Sequence record: OP617743.1 | DNA from: Klebsiella phage KP13-26 | Length of the DNA: 64,000 bases | Strand: one strand, 5' to 3' | Shown: positions 8,526-18,249 of the stretch, piece after piece | Position numbering within the stretch: position 1 is the first letter of the stretch | Layout: each line of letters begins with the position of its first letter | Program-made: the position numbers and the translations under genes | Notes under the pieces: model-generated | What the model saw: the letters and a program-made list of their open reading frames with translations, nothing else | Told to the model about the DNA's origin: nothing | Databases searched by the model: none

Positions 8526-9152
8526 TTAGTTGTCTACACTACTCGATGTGTCTGTCTCATCTGAGCCTTCGGCTAGAATTCTATCCCCTTCTTCACCATC
8601 AGGGCTACCTGTAAGGAGCAGATTTAAAAGTTGTGCTCGGGTGAATCCACGGAGATCCTCGTCAGTAATATCCACAGGAACTTTTTGCTCTTCTATGAAG
8701 GTATCTCCTCCAGAAAAAGCATCTCTAAGTTTAGCTACATCCATTGCTACCTCTGGTGTAGCGCCACTATCCAGTGCTGCTAAAGCGTAATCCGCTCCAC
8801 TTCCTACAGCGTAGTATTCAGCTTCTATTGGCATTGCACGTGCTGGATTATTTCCTTCGTGAATAAAAATTTTACCATCAGGATGAACAACAAGCGCCAC
8901 AAATTCTTCATCTTCTTTATCTGGGTCAGATTGAATCATTAACCCCGGAATAGCTTCTTGTGCAGCCTGACATTGTAGATTTTGTTCAAACCAAGAGAAA
9001 AAAGTTAAAATAGAAGATAAACGCCCTGCACCACCCACAAGATAATCACCAATTTTTCTTACTTTTTTAAAGTTGTATTGATCTACTCTGGAGCCTACAG
9101 TCACTTTACCATCACTAAGGATTTTATTTCTTGTTGCAATAATTGTTGTCAT
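8526..9152 (-). CDS. HslV-like (proteasome beta-type) Thr peptidase with an acidic C-terminal tail
   Basis: ATG at 9152 with a CAGGAGGAG SD yields an N-terminal MTTIIATR (Thr nucleophile); KKVRKIGDYLVGGAG and AVGSGADYALAA align with HslV. Confidence 0.65.
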   Translation of the reverse strand: MTTIIATRNKILSDGKVTVGSRVDQYNFKKVRKIGDYLVGGAGRLSSILTFFSWFEQNLQCQAAQEAIPGLMIQSDPDKEDEEFVALVVHPDGKIFIHEGNNPARAMPIEAEYYAVGSGADYALAALDSGATPEVAMDVAKLRDAFSGGDTFIEEQKVPVDITDEDLRGFTRAQLLNLLLTGSPDGEEGDRILAEGSDETDTSSSVDN

Positions 9153-9153
9153 A

Positions 9154-9645
9154 TTATTTCTCCTCCTGAAGTGTTTTAAGAACAGCTTTGCCACCATTGG
9201 TATATTTTCTTAAATAATCAATGGCTCGCAATGTTTCTTTATCTACTGTTATTTTACTGGATACTGCCAGAGGATGATTCAGTAAATCACTGCATTCTCT
9301 CACTAGCAAAGACTTTTTATGGAATATATTACTTAAGAACAATAGTTTACTCTCTTCTTCGTCCAGGAGAAGAAGCTCAGGAGTTGAGCCTGCTATCTCT
9401 ATTATACACTCAAGTAAGCTCCCATTACTATCAGAAAGTTCTTGATAGTAGCTTAAAATATAATTTTTATTTGTAATCCACGATAAAAACATTTTAAATT
9501 TTTGTCTTAAAGTCAGATTTTCTAATCTTAAAGATATTTCCTGCTCAATAAGATTACTACAAATTTGTCTAAACTCATTGGGTTTTACTAACCCTGCTTG
9601 ATAACACTCGTCTATTCCATTCTTATCAATCTCAACAAAAACCAT
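9154..9645 (-). CDS. hypothetical protein
   Basis: 163-aa ORF. Confidence 0.45.
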   Translation of the reverse strand: MVFVEIDKNGIDECYQAGLVKPNEFRQICSNLIEQEISLRLENLTLRQKFKMFLSWITNKNYILSYYQELSDSNGSLLECIIEIAGSTPELLLLDEEESKLLFLSNIFHKKSLLVRECSDLLNHPLAVSSKITVDKETLRAIDYLRKYTNGGKAVLKTLQEEK

Positions 9646-9683
9646 TATCTCTCCTTAAAAGTGGCGTCCTTGCCTTATTATTA

Positions 9684-10439
9684 TCACTTATAAACGTCTG
9701 TCATCAACTTAGAAAGACGAGAACGTTTGTTTTCATCCGAGGACATTTCTACATAACCGATAAAGTCTACGATAGGTTGTCTATCACCATACTCATCTTC
9801 TGGTACGAGATGGTCTAGAAGATCTTTTAGACCATTAGGACGTTTCTTAATAGCATATGTTTGCCTAATATCTCCAAGAACAACAACGTGAGTATTAATA
9901 CCCGCTCGCTCAACGAGAAGTTTTAAAGTATCCGGCGACATGAGCTGTGCTTCATCAATTAAAACAATGGAGTTATCCAAGGTGGCACCAAGCATGTAGT
10001 TCGGAATATTAAGCTCAATCTTACCAGAAGAAATATCATTTTCTAGCTTATTCGCGGTCATGAACTGCTGGAAGATGCGTTTCGTTGAATCATAGTGGGC
10101 TGCCAGTTTGTCTGTTTTATCTCCTGATAAAAAACCAATCTGGTCATCACCGACTTCCGTTGGATTTTTAAGGAAGATAAGTTTACGATAATCTCCTGCA
10201 CGGAGCATTTGTAGTGCTTTCCATAGGGCTGTGGATGTTTTACCAGTACCTGCTGGGGCAGTAACGATAGTCAAATCATTCCACACCATACTATGTACAA
10301 TATCTTGTTGCGCTTCGGTAGGATAAAATTCGTCTAAACGATAGTCATCATTTCCTACAGCCTTTTGTGCGTAGCGACTTTCGCGTTTATCATTGTTTGC
10401 TAACTCTTGACGACGAGTTTTTGCTGGTTTATTTCCCAT
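9684..10439 (-). CDS. phoH: PhoH-like ATPase
   Basis: Walker A APAGTGKT, DEAQ box and the KNPTEVGDDQIGFLSG motif. Confidence 0.85.
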   Translation of the reverse strand: MGNKPAKTRRQELANNDKRESRYAQKAVGNDDYRLDEFYPTEAQQDIVHSMVWNDLTIVTAPAGTGKTSTALWKALQMLRAGDYRKLIFLKNPTEVGDDQIGFLSGDKTDKLAAHYDSTKRIFQQFMTANKLENDISSGKIELNIPNYMLGATLDNSIVLIDEAQLMSPDTLKLLVERAGINTHVVVLGDIRQTYAIKKRPNGLKDLLDHLVPEDEYGDRQPIVDFIGYVEMSSDENKRSRLSKLMTDVYK

Positions 10440-10475
10440 AGTACCGCTCCTTAATAAGGGGCTTACGCCCCTTTG

Positions 10476-10976
10476 TTAGTTGTAAGCATCAAGTGTTCCA
10501 GAGGTTAGAACCTTGATTACTCGCTCTGCACGATTAGGCGTTTGTTTGTACCACTTACTCTTACGTAAGTTAATACCAGCCTGAGTATAGTACGAATTGC
10601 TTACTAATGTCAAGCTGTTTTTGAAAGATTCTGCTCCAGCAATCCCCATTTGGAATACCATATTGATGATTGCCATTTTACGAATAGGACTAACCTTATC
10701 GTAGATAGGAGACAGGATCTTACTTTGTTTAATTTGCTTAGTTGCTTTTTCAACATCAGCTCGGAATATAGCACGTGCTTCTGCTTCAGTGATAACTCCA
10801 TTGGTCTTACGACCTACTAGCTTATCCAGTTCAGCAATAGCCACTGCTTTATCTTTGACTTTTGTTAAAAGATGCCCAATACCAATTGTCCAATACCCAA
10901 GGGTATCTTTATAGACAGTTAGCTTTAAGCCTTCATCTAAGCGAAGCATATCAAACTCATCTACTACTCTAGCCAT
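10476..10976 (-). CDS. T4 e-type lysozyme (GH24 endolysin)
   Basis: MLRLDEGLKLTVYKDTLGYWTIGIGHLLTK matches the T4 lysozyme N-terminus; start set to the ATG at 10976 (AAGGAA SD); WYKQTPNRAERV is also present. Confidence 0.9.
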   Translation of the reverse strand: MARVVDEFDMLRLDEGLKLTVYKDTLGYWTIGIGHLLTKVKDKAVAIAELDKLVGRKTNGVITEAEARAIFRADVEKATKQIKQSKILSPIYDKVSPIRKMAIINMVFQMGIAGAESFKNSLTLVSNSYYTQAGINLRKSKWYKQTPNRAERVIKVLTSGTLDAYN

Positions 10977-10983
10977 GTTTTCC

Positions 10984-11130
10984 TTATGCGTCAACCTCAC
11001 CATGATCCAGAACATCAAAAAGCATGTGTTCTTGAGTTGGTTCACGTTTCGGTTTTGTTTTCTTAGTGTGGGACTTAAGCTCTGCTGCTAAAGCACGAGA
11101 AAAGATCTTACGTTTTTGTTTACCTTTCAT
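10984..11130 (-). CDS. small basic protein (about 46 aa), missed by the ORF track
   Basis: ATG with a GGAG SD between the glutaredoxin and lysozyme genes; K/R-rich. Confidence 0.3.
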   Translation of the reverse strand: MKGKQKRKIFSRALAAELKSHTKKTKPKREPTQEHMLFDVLDHGEVDA

Positions 11131-11134
11131 ATTG

Positions 11135-11401
11135 TTACTCCGCAATCTGAGCCATGAATTCACGTAGTTCTGTAAAACCTCCTACGTGTTTATAGTCCAC
11201 GTCAGCATCTTCCTGTACTAGAATCTGAGGAAAAGTGCGTGGTGGAACTCCTGTTTTCTCTATGACCACTGCTTGCATGTGGTCTAGAGAATAATCTTCA
11301 TCCAAGGTAAGATATTTAAAATCCTGACCTCTCATCTCCAACAGTTGTTTAGCCATGTTGCAGAATTGGCAGTCAGGTTTACCGTAGATTACAAAATTCA
11401 T
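11135..11401 (-). CDS. nrdC: glutaredoxin (NrdC-like)
   Basis: CQFC redox motif and a C-terminus resembling T4 NrdC. Confidence 0.8.
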   Translation of the reverse strand: MNFVIYGKPDCQFCNMAKQLLEMRGQDFKYLTLDEDYSLDHMQAVVIEKTGVPPRTFPQILVQEDADVDYKHVGGFTELREFMAQIAE

Positions 11402-12240
11402 TCTCTCTCCTTATTTAATAGAACTTTCAGTGATTCATTAATACCGCAGACTACTGGTTTTGGATTCAGAAAGCCTTTGGTTTCAAGATAAGATTTAGCA
11501 GGACGTGGTGCCTTGGAATTATATTGCGAAGCAGATATTGGATTCACTTTAACTGTCGTATCTATTTCGCAGAAAATAGTTGTCGCGAAATCATACCAAC
11601 TTAAATAGTCCTTGCCTGCATAATGAAAAATACGAGCACCAACCCCATACTCCAGCATGGCAAAGATCATCTCGGCAAGGTAAGGAGCATATGTTGGACA
11701 AGAGTAATGATCACAGATAACATCAAACTCCCGCTGACCTGCGTTATAACGACCTAACAATGTTTTTAGGAAGTTATTACCGAACTCACTGTATACCGAA
11801 GCAGTACGAATAATTAAAGCTCCCGGATGAATGGCATGAACTAACTCTTCACCAAAACGTTTGGAATAACCATATACATTTAGAGGATTGGTTGGAGCAC
11901 CTTCGATACCAGGGAATGAACCATCAAAAACATAATCAGTCGAAATGTGGATTAAGTCAATGTGCAATTCGCTACAAATTTTAGCAATGTTAGCCGCACC
12001 ATAAGCATTTACATCTAAAGCTGCTTGAATGTTATCTTCTGCTTTGTCAACATCTGTGTAAGCTGCACAGTTAATAACTGCATCTGGCATCTCATCAATA
12101 ATCAAGTTACGGATTTGCTCAAAATTGGTAATGTCGCTGCGTTTACGATCAGGTCTGATGAGTTCCACGTCATCGGGTTTCACTTTCTTAAGTGCTTGGC
12201 CTAATTGTCCTTGCGCTCCCAATACTAAGTAACGTTTCAT
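11398..12240 (-). CDS. rmlD: dTDP-4-dehydrorhamnose reductase
   Basis: Rossmann GAQGQLG; STDYVF and NxYGxSK motifs; aligns with RmlD. Confidence 0.85.
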   Translation of the reverse strand: MKRYLVLGAQGQLGQALKKVKPDDVELIRPDRKRSDITNFEQIRNLIIDEMPDAVINCAAYTDVDKAEDNIQAALDVNAYGAANIAKICSELHIDLIHISTDYVFDGSFPGIEGAPTNPLNVYGYSKRFGEELVHAIHPGALIIRTASVYSEFGNNFLKTLLGRYNAGQREFDVICDHYSCPTYAPYLAEMIFAMLEYGVGARIFHYAGKDYLSWYDFATTIFCEIDTTVKVNPISASQYNSKAPRPAKSYLETKGFLNPKPVVCGINESLKVLLNKERE

Positions 12241-12824
12241 CCAAAGATCTCCCTTAACGTTTTAGCCTCTCGGTCTTTTTGGGACAAGATAGGCTTAAAG
12301 TAGTCATCATTAAAGATGAGGTCAAATCCCCAATCAACAGCCACATCTGGATCATTCCAAGCGAGGCTACGCTCTGACGTAGGATCGTAATATTCAGTGC
12401 ATTTGTACTCGAAGTCGGCAGTATCAGAAACCACAACGAAACCGTGGGCGAAGCCTGGTGGAATCCAGAACTGCACCTTGTTTTGTTCGCTAAGTACCAC
12501 ACCCTCCCACTCCCCAAAGGTCGGACTACCTTCACGCAAATCAACAGCTACGTCAAAGACCATGCCACTTGTGCATCGCACCAACTTACCTTGAGGATTT
12601 GTTTCTTGATAGTGGAGTCCACGCAGGACTCCTTTTGAAGAACGAGAATGATTGTCTTGAACAAATGTATATTTTCCAATAAGAGTATCATAACGAGCTT
12701 GATTAAAAGATTCTAGAAAAAATCCTCGGTCATCAGCAAATACTCTAGGTGTGATTATTAGGAGACCTTCAATACCTGTCTCTCTTACGTTATGAGTATT
12801 CTCCACTGTTACCCCTCTTACCAA
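12237..12824 (-). CDS. rmlC: dTDP-4-dehydrorhamnose 3,5-epimerase
   Basis: RGFFLESF ... RGLHYQ cupin motifs. Confidence 0.85.
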   Translation of the reverse strand: MVRGVTVENTHNVRETGIEGLLIITPRVFADDRGFFLESFNQARYDTLIGKYTFVQDNHSRSSKGVLRGLHYQETNPQGKLVRCTSGMVFDVAVDLREGSPTFGEWEGVVLSEQNKVQFWIPPGFAHGFVVVSDTADFEYKCTEYYDPTSERSLAWNDPDVAVDWGFDLIFNDDYFKPILSQKDREAKTLREIFG

Positions 12825-13144
12825 ACATTTTGACTACAAATAGTTGTTGTCTCAACCCCATATTTCTCTTTAAGTTCTTTAGCAATTTCTTCAGCCTTTA
12901 CAGTAAGGAATTTCAAATCTATGTCTTTTGCATAATCCCCGCCTGCTAGTTCAACACCAAACATACAATCTTCTTGAGCAGCATCATAATAAGGAGAAGC
13001 AGAAACTACTTTAAGACAATCATATAGGAACCAAGTGAAATCCCCATCGTATCCCTCAACAACTTCTTCATTATCTCCTAATGCTTGCTCCCAAACTGAG
13101 AAAGGAGCACCTTGAATCATTTTCCAGCCAATATCAATTCCCAT
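12818..13144 (-). CDS. hypothetical protein
   Basis: 108-aa ORF. Confidence 0.45.
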   Translation of the reverse strand: MGIDIGWKMIQGAPFSVWEQALGDNEEVVEGYDGDFTWFLYDCLKVVSASPYYDAAQEDCMFGVELAGGDYAKDIDLKFLTVKAEEIAKELKEKYGVETTTICSQNVW

Positions 13145-13347
13145 TATAACTCCTCTTTAATCTGTTTAAGCATAGTTTTCAACTCTAGTTCTGATAACAC
13201 CAACTCAAAAATATCTCCTGATTCTTCTGATTTGACGAATATGGAGTAACCTTTCTTAAGACTTCCATCATTAGACACAAAGTCAACAGCACCACCTTCC
13301 TCAACAACTAATTCTGAAATTATACTAGCGTCTTCAAATTCAATCAT
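13144..13347 (-). CDS. hypothetical protein
   Basis: 67-aa ORF. Confidence 0.4.
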   Translation of the reverse strand: MIEFEDASIISELVVEEGGAVDFVSNDGSLKKGYSIFVKSEESGDIFELVLSELELKTMLKQIKEEL

Positions 13348-13356
13348 GTTTTCTCC

Positions 13357-14442
13357 TCAAAAATCAAACTCTTCATCATCGGCAATATCTTTATTTGCTG
13401 AATTAAGTTTATAATCAGTGCGCTGAATCTCTTGTGCTGCTGCTTGAATTTGATCCGGGTTTAGCCACACATCCATCCAAGCTAAAGGAGTTTGTTTTGG
13501 AGCACGGAATTTGTGTTTCATCTTTAAACGACGATAAATAGGTGCAGCATTGAAGTAAACCCATTGTTTTGACAACTCAGCATTCAGGCCAACGATAACA
13601 CGTCCTTCACTGAACAGATAATCGCACCAATCTTCTTCTTGGGCAATAATAGTATCCAGAATAGCAGTCAGTTCTTCAATGTTATCTTCATAAACTTTCT
13701 TCCATTCAGGTTCTTTCATCAGCGCGTCAATAATAGCATAATCCATCTTAACATGCAATACCTCATCCAACATAATTTTCTGAATCAGCTTACATGCACC
13801 AACGAACAATTGTTGCTCTGCTAAAGCAAATGTTGCAGAGAAAGAAGAAATAAACTGAATACCTTCCAGACCAATTAGAGCAATCATACCTTTGAGGATC
13901 AACAGACGCAGGTCGTCATTTGCTTCCAGTTGTCCTAGAGCGTATTTGTGACCAGCTTCATACAGTTCTGACATCACTTCTTCCACAACACCCATACGCT
14001 GGAAAATACGGTCATTCTCCATGATCTGTTCAATCACTTCGTTTGGATTTGGAATACACTGACGGATAATTTCAGAGTAAGTGAGAGCGTGAAGCACTTC
14101 AATTTCAGATTGCTTCATCATCATCGCACAAGCTTCGTTATTACTCAGGAACGGAGCAAACAACGTGATAATAGATTTCGCCAGGGAATCATTCTCCCAC
14201 TGGAACGACAGGTTCTTTATCATCACATCGTAGTTATTGGCAGAACACGCTACGAAGTCTTTTCTTGTTTGATCTAAGTTGACTTCATTTTCATCCCAAT
14301 CTTGGGCCTTTTGTAGTTTGTACAAGCGATGCATTTCAGGATAGGTAACATTAATGGAATCGAAGATACCCAGTTGTTCACCTAAGAAGACCGGGTATTT
14401 ACCCTCTTTGTAAGTTTCGTTATGTAAGTTAATTGCTGCCAT
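13357..14442 (-). CDS. nrdB: ribonucleotide reductase small subunit
   Basis: 361 aa with the di-iron/tyrosyl-radical NrdB fold signature; lies next to nrdA. Confidence 0.9.
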   Translation of the reverse strand: MAAINLHNETYKEGKYPVFLGEQLGIFDSINVTYPEMHRLYKLQKAQDWDENEVNLDQTRKDFVACSANNYDVMIKNLSFQWENDSLAKSIITLFAPFLSNNEACAMMMKQSEIEVLHALTYSEIIRQCIPNPNEVIEQIMENDRIFQRMGVVEEVMSELYEAGHKYALGQLEANDDLRLLILKGMIALIGLEGIQFISSFSATFALAEQQLFVGACKLIQKIMLDEVLHVKMDYAIIDALMKEPEWKKVYEDNIEELTAILDTIIAQEEDWCDYLFSEGRVIVGLNAELSKQWVYFNAAPIYRRLKMKHKFRAPKQTPLAWMDVWLNPDQIQAAAQEIQRTDYKLNSANKDIADDEEFDF

Positions 14443-14774
14443 TATTTTAAATCCTCCACGATATTACACGATGTTTTAATTGCCTCAATGTGTTTTTGTT
14501 CCATGTTTTCCATTTGATAAAGTGATTCCAATGCTTCCCATACACTTTTTGTTAGCAGGATTGTACCAGTATTATTCCTTTTCCCAAAGTATCTAGACAT
14601 AGCCCATGCTGTGGCCTCTGGATCATCTGAAGCCCATATTTCAACGTTATCAAACTGCATACCTGCAATACACTTACAACACCAACTAGACGTAAAATCT
14701 TTACTATCAACTAATATATAGTTTCCATTTCGTCTTAAAGGTGTTACGCCAGGGAGTACGATTAACGTATGCAT
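14442..14774 (-). CDS. hypothetical protein
   Basis: ATG at 14774 with an AAGGAGG SD; the ORF-track N-terminus spans a terminator hairpin. Confidence 0.5.
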   Translation of the reverse strand: MHTLIVLPGVTPLRRNGNYILVDSKDFTSSWCCKCIAGMQFDNVEIWASDDPEATAWAMSRYFGKRNNTGTILLTKSVWEALESLYQMENMEQKHIEAIKTSCNIVEDLK

Positions 14775-14789
14775 ATTCCTCCTTAGAAA

Positions 14790-14812
14790 AATAAAGGGGC
14801 TTTCGCCCCTTG
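14790..14812 (-). terminator. terminator-like hairpin after nrdA
   Basis: AGGGGC-GAAA-GCCCCT stem-loop followed by TTTATTTTT and then the SD of the next gene. Confidence 0.55.
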
Positions 14813-14815
14813 ATA

Positions 14816-17065
14816 CTACATCTTGCAAGCGGAACAACCATCTTCATCAAAACCAGAATCCTCTTGGGCCAAAGATTCGGCTGACTTAGTTTTACTATTC
14901 AGATAGTAAAGAGACTTACCACCTAACTTAGCAAATGTAAAGATAAATTGCATCTGAGCTTTAATAGATAGACGACCACCCTCCATTTTTGAATAGTCAA
15001 CCCATTCATCACAGGAAATACCCTGATCCATGAATTTAGTTAACAATCCGTACATTTCAGCAACATCCTTTGGAGGAGTATCCCATGCACTCTGATAAAC
15101 AGTTTTCAGCTTTTCGTAGTCAGGTACGATAAACAATACGTTCCCTTTCTGACTCTGTTTATACATGATTGTGTCACGTACTGGATATACAGAATTGGTG
15201 GTGTTACTCACTAGGCTACTTGATTCGTTCGGTGCAATAGCTGTTAATACACTGTTGCGGATACCACCCTGAGCAATAATCTCCTGGCGTAATCCTTCCC
15301 AATCGTGTTTCAACTCAAAGTTGCCAATATCATCCACCGCTTTTGAGTAGGTGTCAATTGGGAGCCAACCTTGAGGCCATTTGGTTTTGTCAATCCATTC
15401 TGCATTACCTTTCTCTTTCGCCAAGCGAAGAGATGCACTTGCCAACCAGAAATAGTGGCGTTCGGCTAACTCGTGAATCAGTTTCTTACCATACGGATCA
15501 GAATATGTCGCGAAGTTACTTGCGAGATAATGAGCAAGGTTTGTAATCCCAACACCGATGGAACGACGAGCTTTCGCTGTGATCTCATTGTGCTTGAATG
15601 GGTAAACCATTGTCTCAATAACGTTGTCGATTGTCAATACGGTATAGTAAGCGACATCTTCATACTCTTCCGGTTTAACTCTACCAGCAACGATAGAAGA
15701 TAGGAAGCACAAAGCTAATTCCTGATCCTCAGTATTATCACCAGTGAAAAGATCCGTCATCTTATGGAATGCTTTCGTCGGCAGGAAAATTTCCTGACAC
15801 AGGTTTGACTGATACACGGTATCAATAAACGGTGTGTGATTATTTACGTTGTCAGCAAAGAACATATAAATACGTCCTGTTTCTGCACGTTGAATAATAA
15901 TCTCCGTCAATAGATCACGAGCTTTAACGAATTTCTTTTTAATACGTTTACGACTAACACGGTCATAAACCTCATCAAACTCTTCTTCGCTCTTATAAAG
16001 CGCCTCATAGAGTTCTGGAGCATCATCACAACTCACCAACATCCATTCTTCACCTTTCGCTGCACGACGCAGGAAGGAACGGTTAACCACAACAGAATAA
16101 TCTAACTTATCTACACGCTTGTCAACTGGAGTTGTCGGATTCTTGATACGGATTAAGTCATCAAAATCTGGTTCCAAGATAGTGTATGTGACGGTAGCAC
16201 TACCACCACGACTTGCCTGTTTTGAAGCACCAACACTATCTTCCATCCACTTCAAATAGGGAAGTAATCCACCGTGAATAATACGGTTTTTCTTAACTCC
16301 TTGTCCCGTAGCACGAGTCTGAAGGTTAACACCAATACCAGCGTTATTCAGAGTATACTCGTGTGCGAGATAGTTTGCAATAGCCAACGATTCTGCTGTA
16401 TCGTCTGCACGGAACAAACAACAAGAAGCACTACCCGGAATAGGAGTACGCAGTGTCGTCAGATAAGGTGACGGTAGATTGATTTTAAGATCGCTGACAT
16501 AGGTGTACAGGCGCTTAATATCTTCAATGCGTCGTTCCTTCGGCTGGATCTCCATTACCTTCATTGCCACACCGATAAATAAGAACTGTGGAGATTCATG
16601 AACAATATCGTTCACGGCATCTTTAACTAGGTATTTATCTGACATTTGGCGAAGAACAGAGTAACCATAGCCCAAGTTCTTATCGTGTTTAACAATCTTG
16701 CCTATTTCTTTAATTTCTTCTTCGGTATAGTCCATTTTGATCCAGTGGCCTTGGCTCACCATATCTCTATAGAAATCATTCAGGGAAGGGATACTGTGGT
16801 ATCCCCCATGTGCCTGCTTATAAATCATACCAAGAAGTAATCGACCAGCCATATCACTATATGCTTGAGTTTTCTTGTCAATACACGCAGAGATCATTGC
16901 TTTATGCAGATCACGTGTTGACACCCCATCATAACAACGTTTTACAGCTTCTAATTCAATTTCAGACCAGTTTAGTTTTCCGGCAGCGAATTCAGACCAT
17001 TTACGAAGTTTCTCTGGATTAAACTCTTCTTTCTTTCCATTAGATTTGGTTACGTATCGAATCAC
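14816..17065 (-). CDS. nrdA: ribonucleotide reductase large subunit (class Ia)
   Basis: 749 aa with an N-terminal ATP cone, catalytic-core motifs and a C-terminal CSACKM tail. Confidence 0.95.
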   Translation of the reverse strand: MIRYVTKSNGKKEEFNPEKLRKWSEFAAGKLNWSEIELEAVKRCYDGVSTRDLHKAMISACIDKKTQAYSDMAGRLLLGMIYKQAHGGYHSIPSLNDFYRDMVSQGHWIKMDYTEEEIKEIGKIVKHDKNLGYGYSVLRQMSDKYLVKDAVNDIVHESPQFLFIGVAMKVMEIQPKERRIEDIKRLYTYVSDLKINLPSPYLTTLRTPIPGSASCCLFRADDTAESLAIANYLAHEYTLNNAGIGVNLQTRATGQGVKKNRIIHGGLLPYLKWMEDSVGASKQASRGGSATVTYTILEPDFDDLIRIKNPTTPVDKRVDKLDYSVVVNRSFLRRAAKGEEWMLVSCDDAPELYEALYKSEEEFDEVYDRVSRKRIKKKFVKARDLLTEIIIQRAETGRIYMFFADNVNNHTPFIDTVYQSNLCQEIFLPTKAFHKMTDLFTGDNTEDQELALCFLSSIVAGRVKPEEYEDVAYYTVLTIDNVIETMVYPFKHNEITAKARRSIGVGITNLAHYLASNFATYSDPYGKKLIHELAERHYFWLASASLRLAKEKGNAEWIDKTKWPQGWLPIDTYSKAVDDIGNFELKHDWEGLRQEIIAQGGIRNSVLTAIAPNESSSLVSNTTNSVYPVRDTIMYKQSQKGNVLFIVPDYEKLKTVYQSAWDTPPKDVAEMYGLLTKFMDQGISCDEWVDYSKMEGGRLSIKAQMQFIFTFAKLGGKSLYYLNSKTKSAESLAQEDSGFDEDGCSACKM

Positions 17066-17075
17066 TTCTACTCCA

Positions 17076-17336
17076 TTAATTATGCATATTTAGAACATCT
17101 ACATCATACCCTGTTTTCATTTCGTTATATAAGCCATTTGCATATAAGAATCCTTCAAAATGAGTAATATCTTGAAAACCTTTTTCTTTAGCTTTACGAT
17201 CTGCTTCTTGTCTTTTAGGGGATAATCGTTTAGATGTGTCTTTAATTACTGTGACATTACAGCCAATACTTTCATCAAAGTAAACTTCAATATCACAACC
17301 TTCATATTTATTACTTTCGGTCATTTGGCCTCTCAA
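17076..17336 (-). CDS. hypothetical protein
   Basis: 86-aa ORF. Confidence 0.45.
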   Translation of the reverse strand: MRGQMTESNKYEGCDIEVYFDESIGCNVTVIKDTSKRLSPKRQEADRKAKEKGFQDITHFEGFLYANGLYNEMKTGYDVDVLNMHN

Positions 17337-17750
17337 TTAGAAATCAGAGCCATCATCATTACGTGACGGATCATGTTCATTTCCAAAGTCTTCCATTTTA
17401 ATATGAGAAACACCCCAACCTTCAAATTCTTCTTCTCCAAAATGTAAAATGTCATTGTTTTGATATACACGTTTAAATAGACAATTTGCATCTACAGGGA
17501 AAGTAAATAAAGTGGTTTTAGCATAAACAACACGACGATTATTATTACTACGAATATTCATATCGCGCTCGACAGTGTAATGTCCATTTTCAGGCATACC
17601 TAACATAACGAGAGCAGCTCGTAACACATTAGAATATTCTGAATTTGGGATTGTGCCATTATTTTCCTGTTCTTTTTTCTGCCAGATAGGTGTAGCTTTG
17701 ATGGTAGACATGCTTACGGTCGCCCAAGTGGTTGTATTAATTAGTGACAT
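17337..17750 (-). CDS. hypothetical protein
   Basis: 137-aa ORF. Confidence 0.45.
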   Translation of the reverse strand: MSLINTTTWATVSMSTIKATPIWQKKEQENNGTIPNSEYSNVLRAALVMLGMPENGHYTVERDMNIRSNNNRRVVYAKTTLFTFPVDANCLFKRVYQNNDILHFGEEEFEGWGVSHIKMEDFGNEHDPSRNDDGSDF

Positions 17751-17826
17751 AAATTCTCCTTATTCTCCAAAGGAGAGCTATAGCTCTCCCAACGTTATGC
17801 TATCTTACATCAATCTCAAGTAAAAG

Positions 17827-18249
17827 TCAATAGGAGTTTGGTAAATATCTCCCTGTGGTTAAATCTCTGGGGTTGGTTGGTTTTAACCCCATATTTATAG
17901 CGTGGGTAGTGTTTTCTTTTTCAGTACACCACTCCAGATTTTCCACGGTGTTATTATGTTTGTTACCATCTTTATGGTTGACAAAAGGTTTGTTATCAGG
18001 GTTTGGAATAAACGCTTCTGCAACTAACCTGTGAACCCTGTACGTCTTAACAATACCATCCTTAGCTAGCCGTATGGTAAGGTAGCCTGTGCCATGTTCT
18101 GAACACTTTCTTTCACATTCTGGTACAAACTGTTGAACATCACCGTAAGGAGTTTTCCTTGTAACCCATCTCTCTAAACTATAAACCTTACCATTTTCAT
18201 CAACTTCGTAGACGCCCTCATACCCTTTAACAGATTTACGTTTTACCAT
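17827..18249 (-). CDS. HNH homing endonuclease (NUMOD4 + HNH_3)
   Basis: [16 protein letters not shown] (NUMOD4) and HRLVAEAF ... [10 protein letters not shown] ... NLEW HNH motifs. Confidence 0.8.
   Translation of the reverse strand: MVKRKSVKGYEGVYEVDENGKVYSLERWVTRKTPYGDVQQFVPECERKCSEHGTGYLTIRLAKDGIVKTYRVHRLVAEAFIPNPDNKPFVNHKDGNKHNNTVENLEWCTEKENTTHAINMGLKPTNPRDLTTGRYLPNSY

Noticed and set aside
10977-11045. N-terminal extension of the lysozyme ORF (MNQLKNTCFLMFWIMVRLTHKEN)
   Set aside because: The T4-lysozyme homology begins exactly at the internal Met, which has its own SD, and the upstream codons overlap a separate small ORF and SD region.
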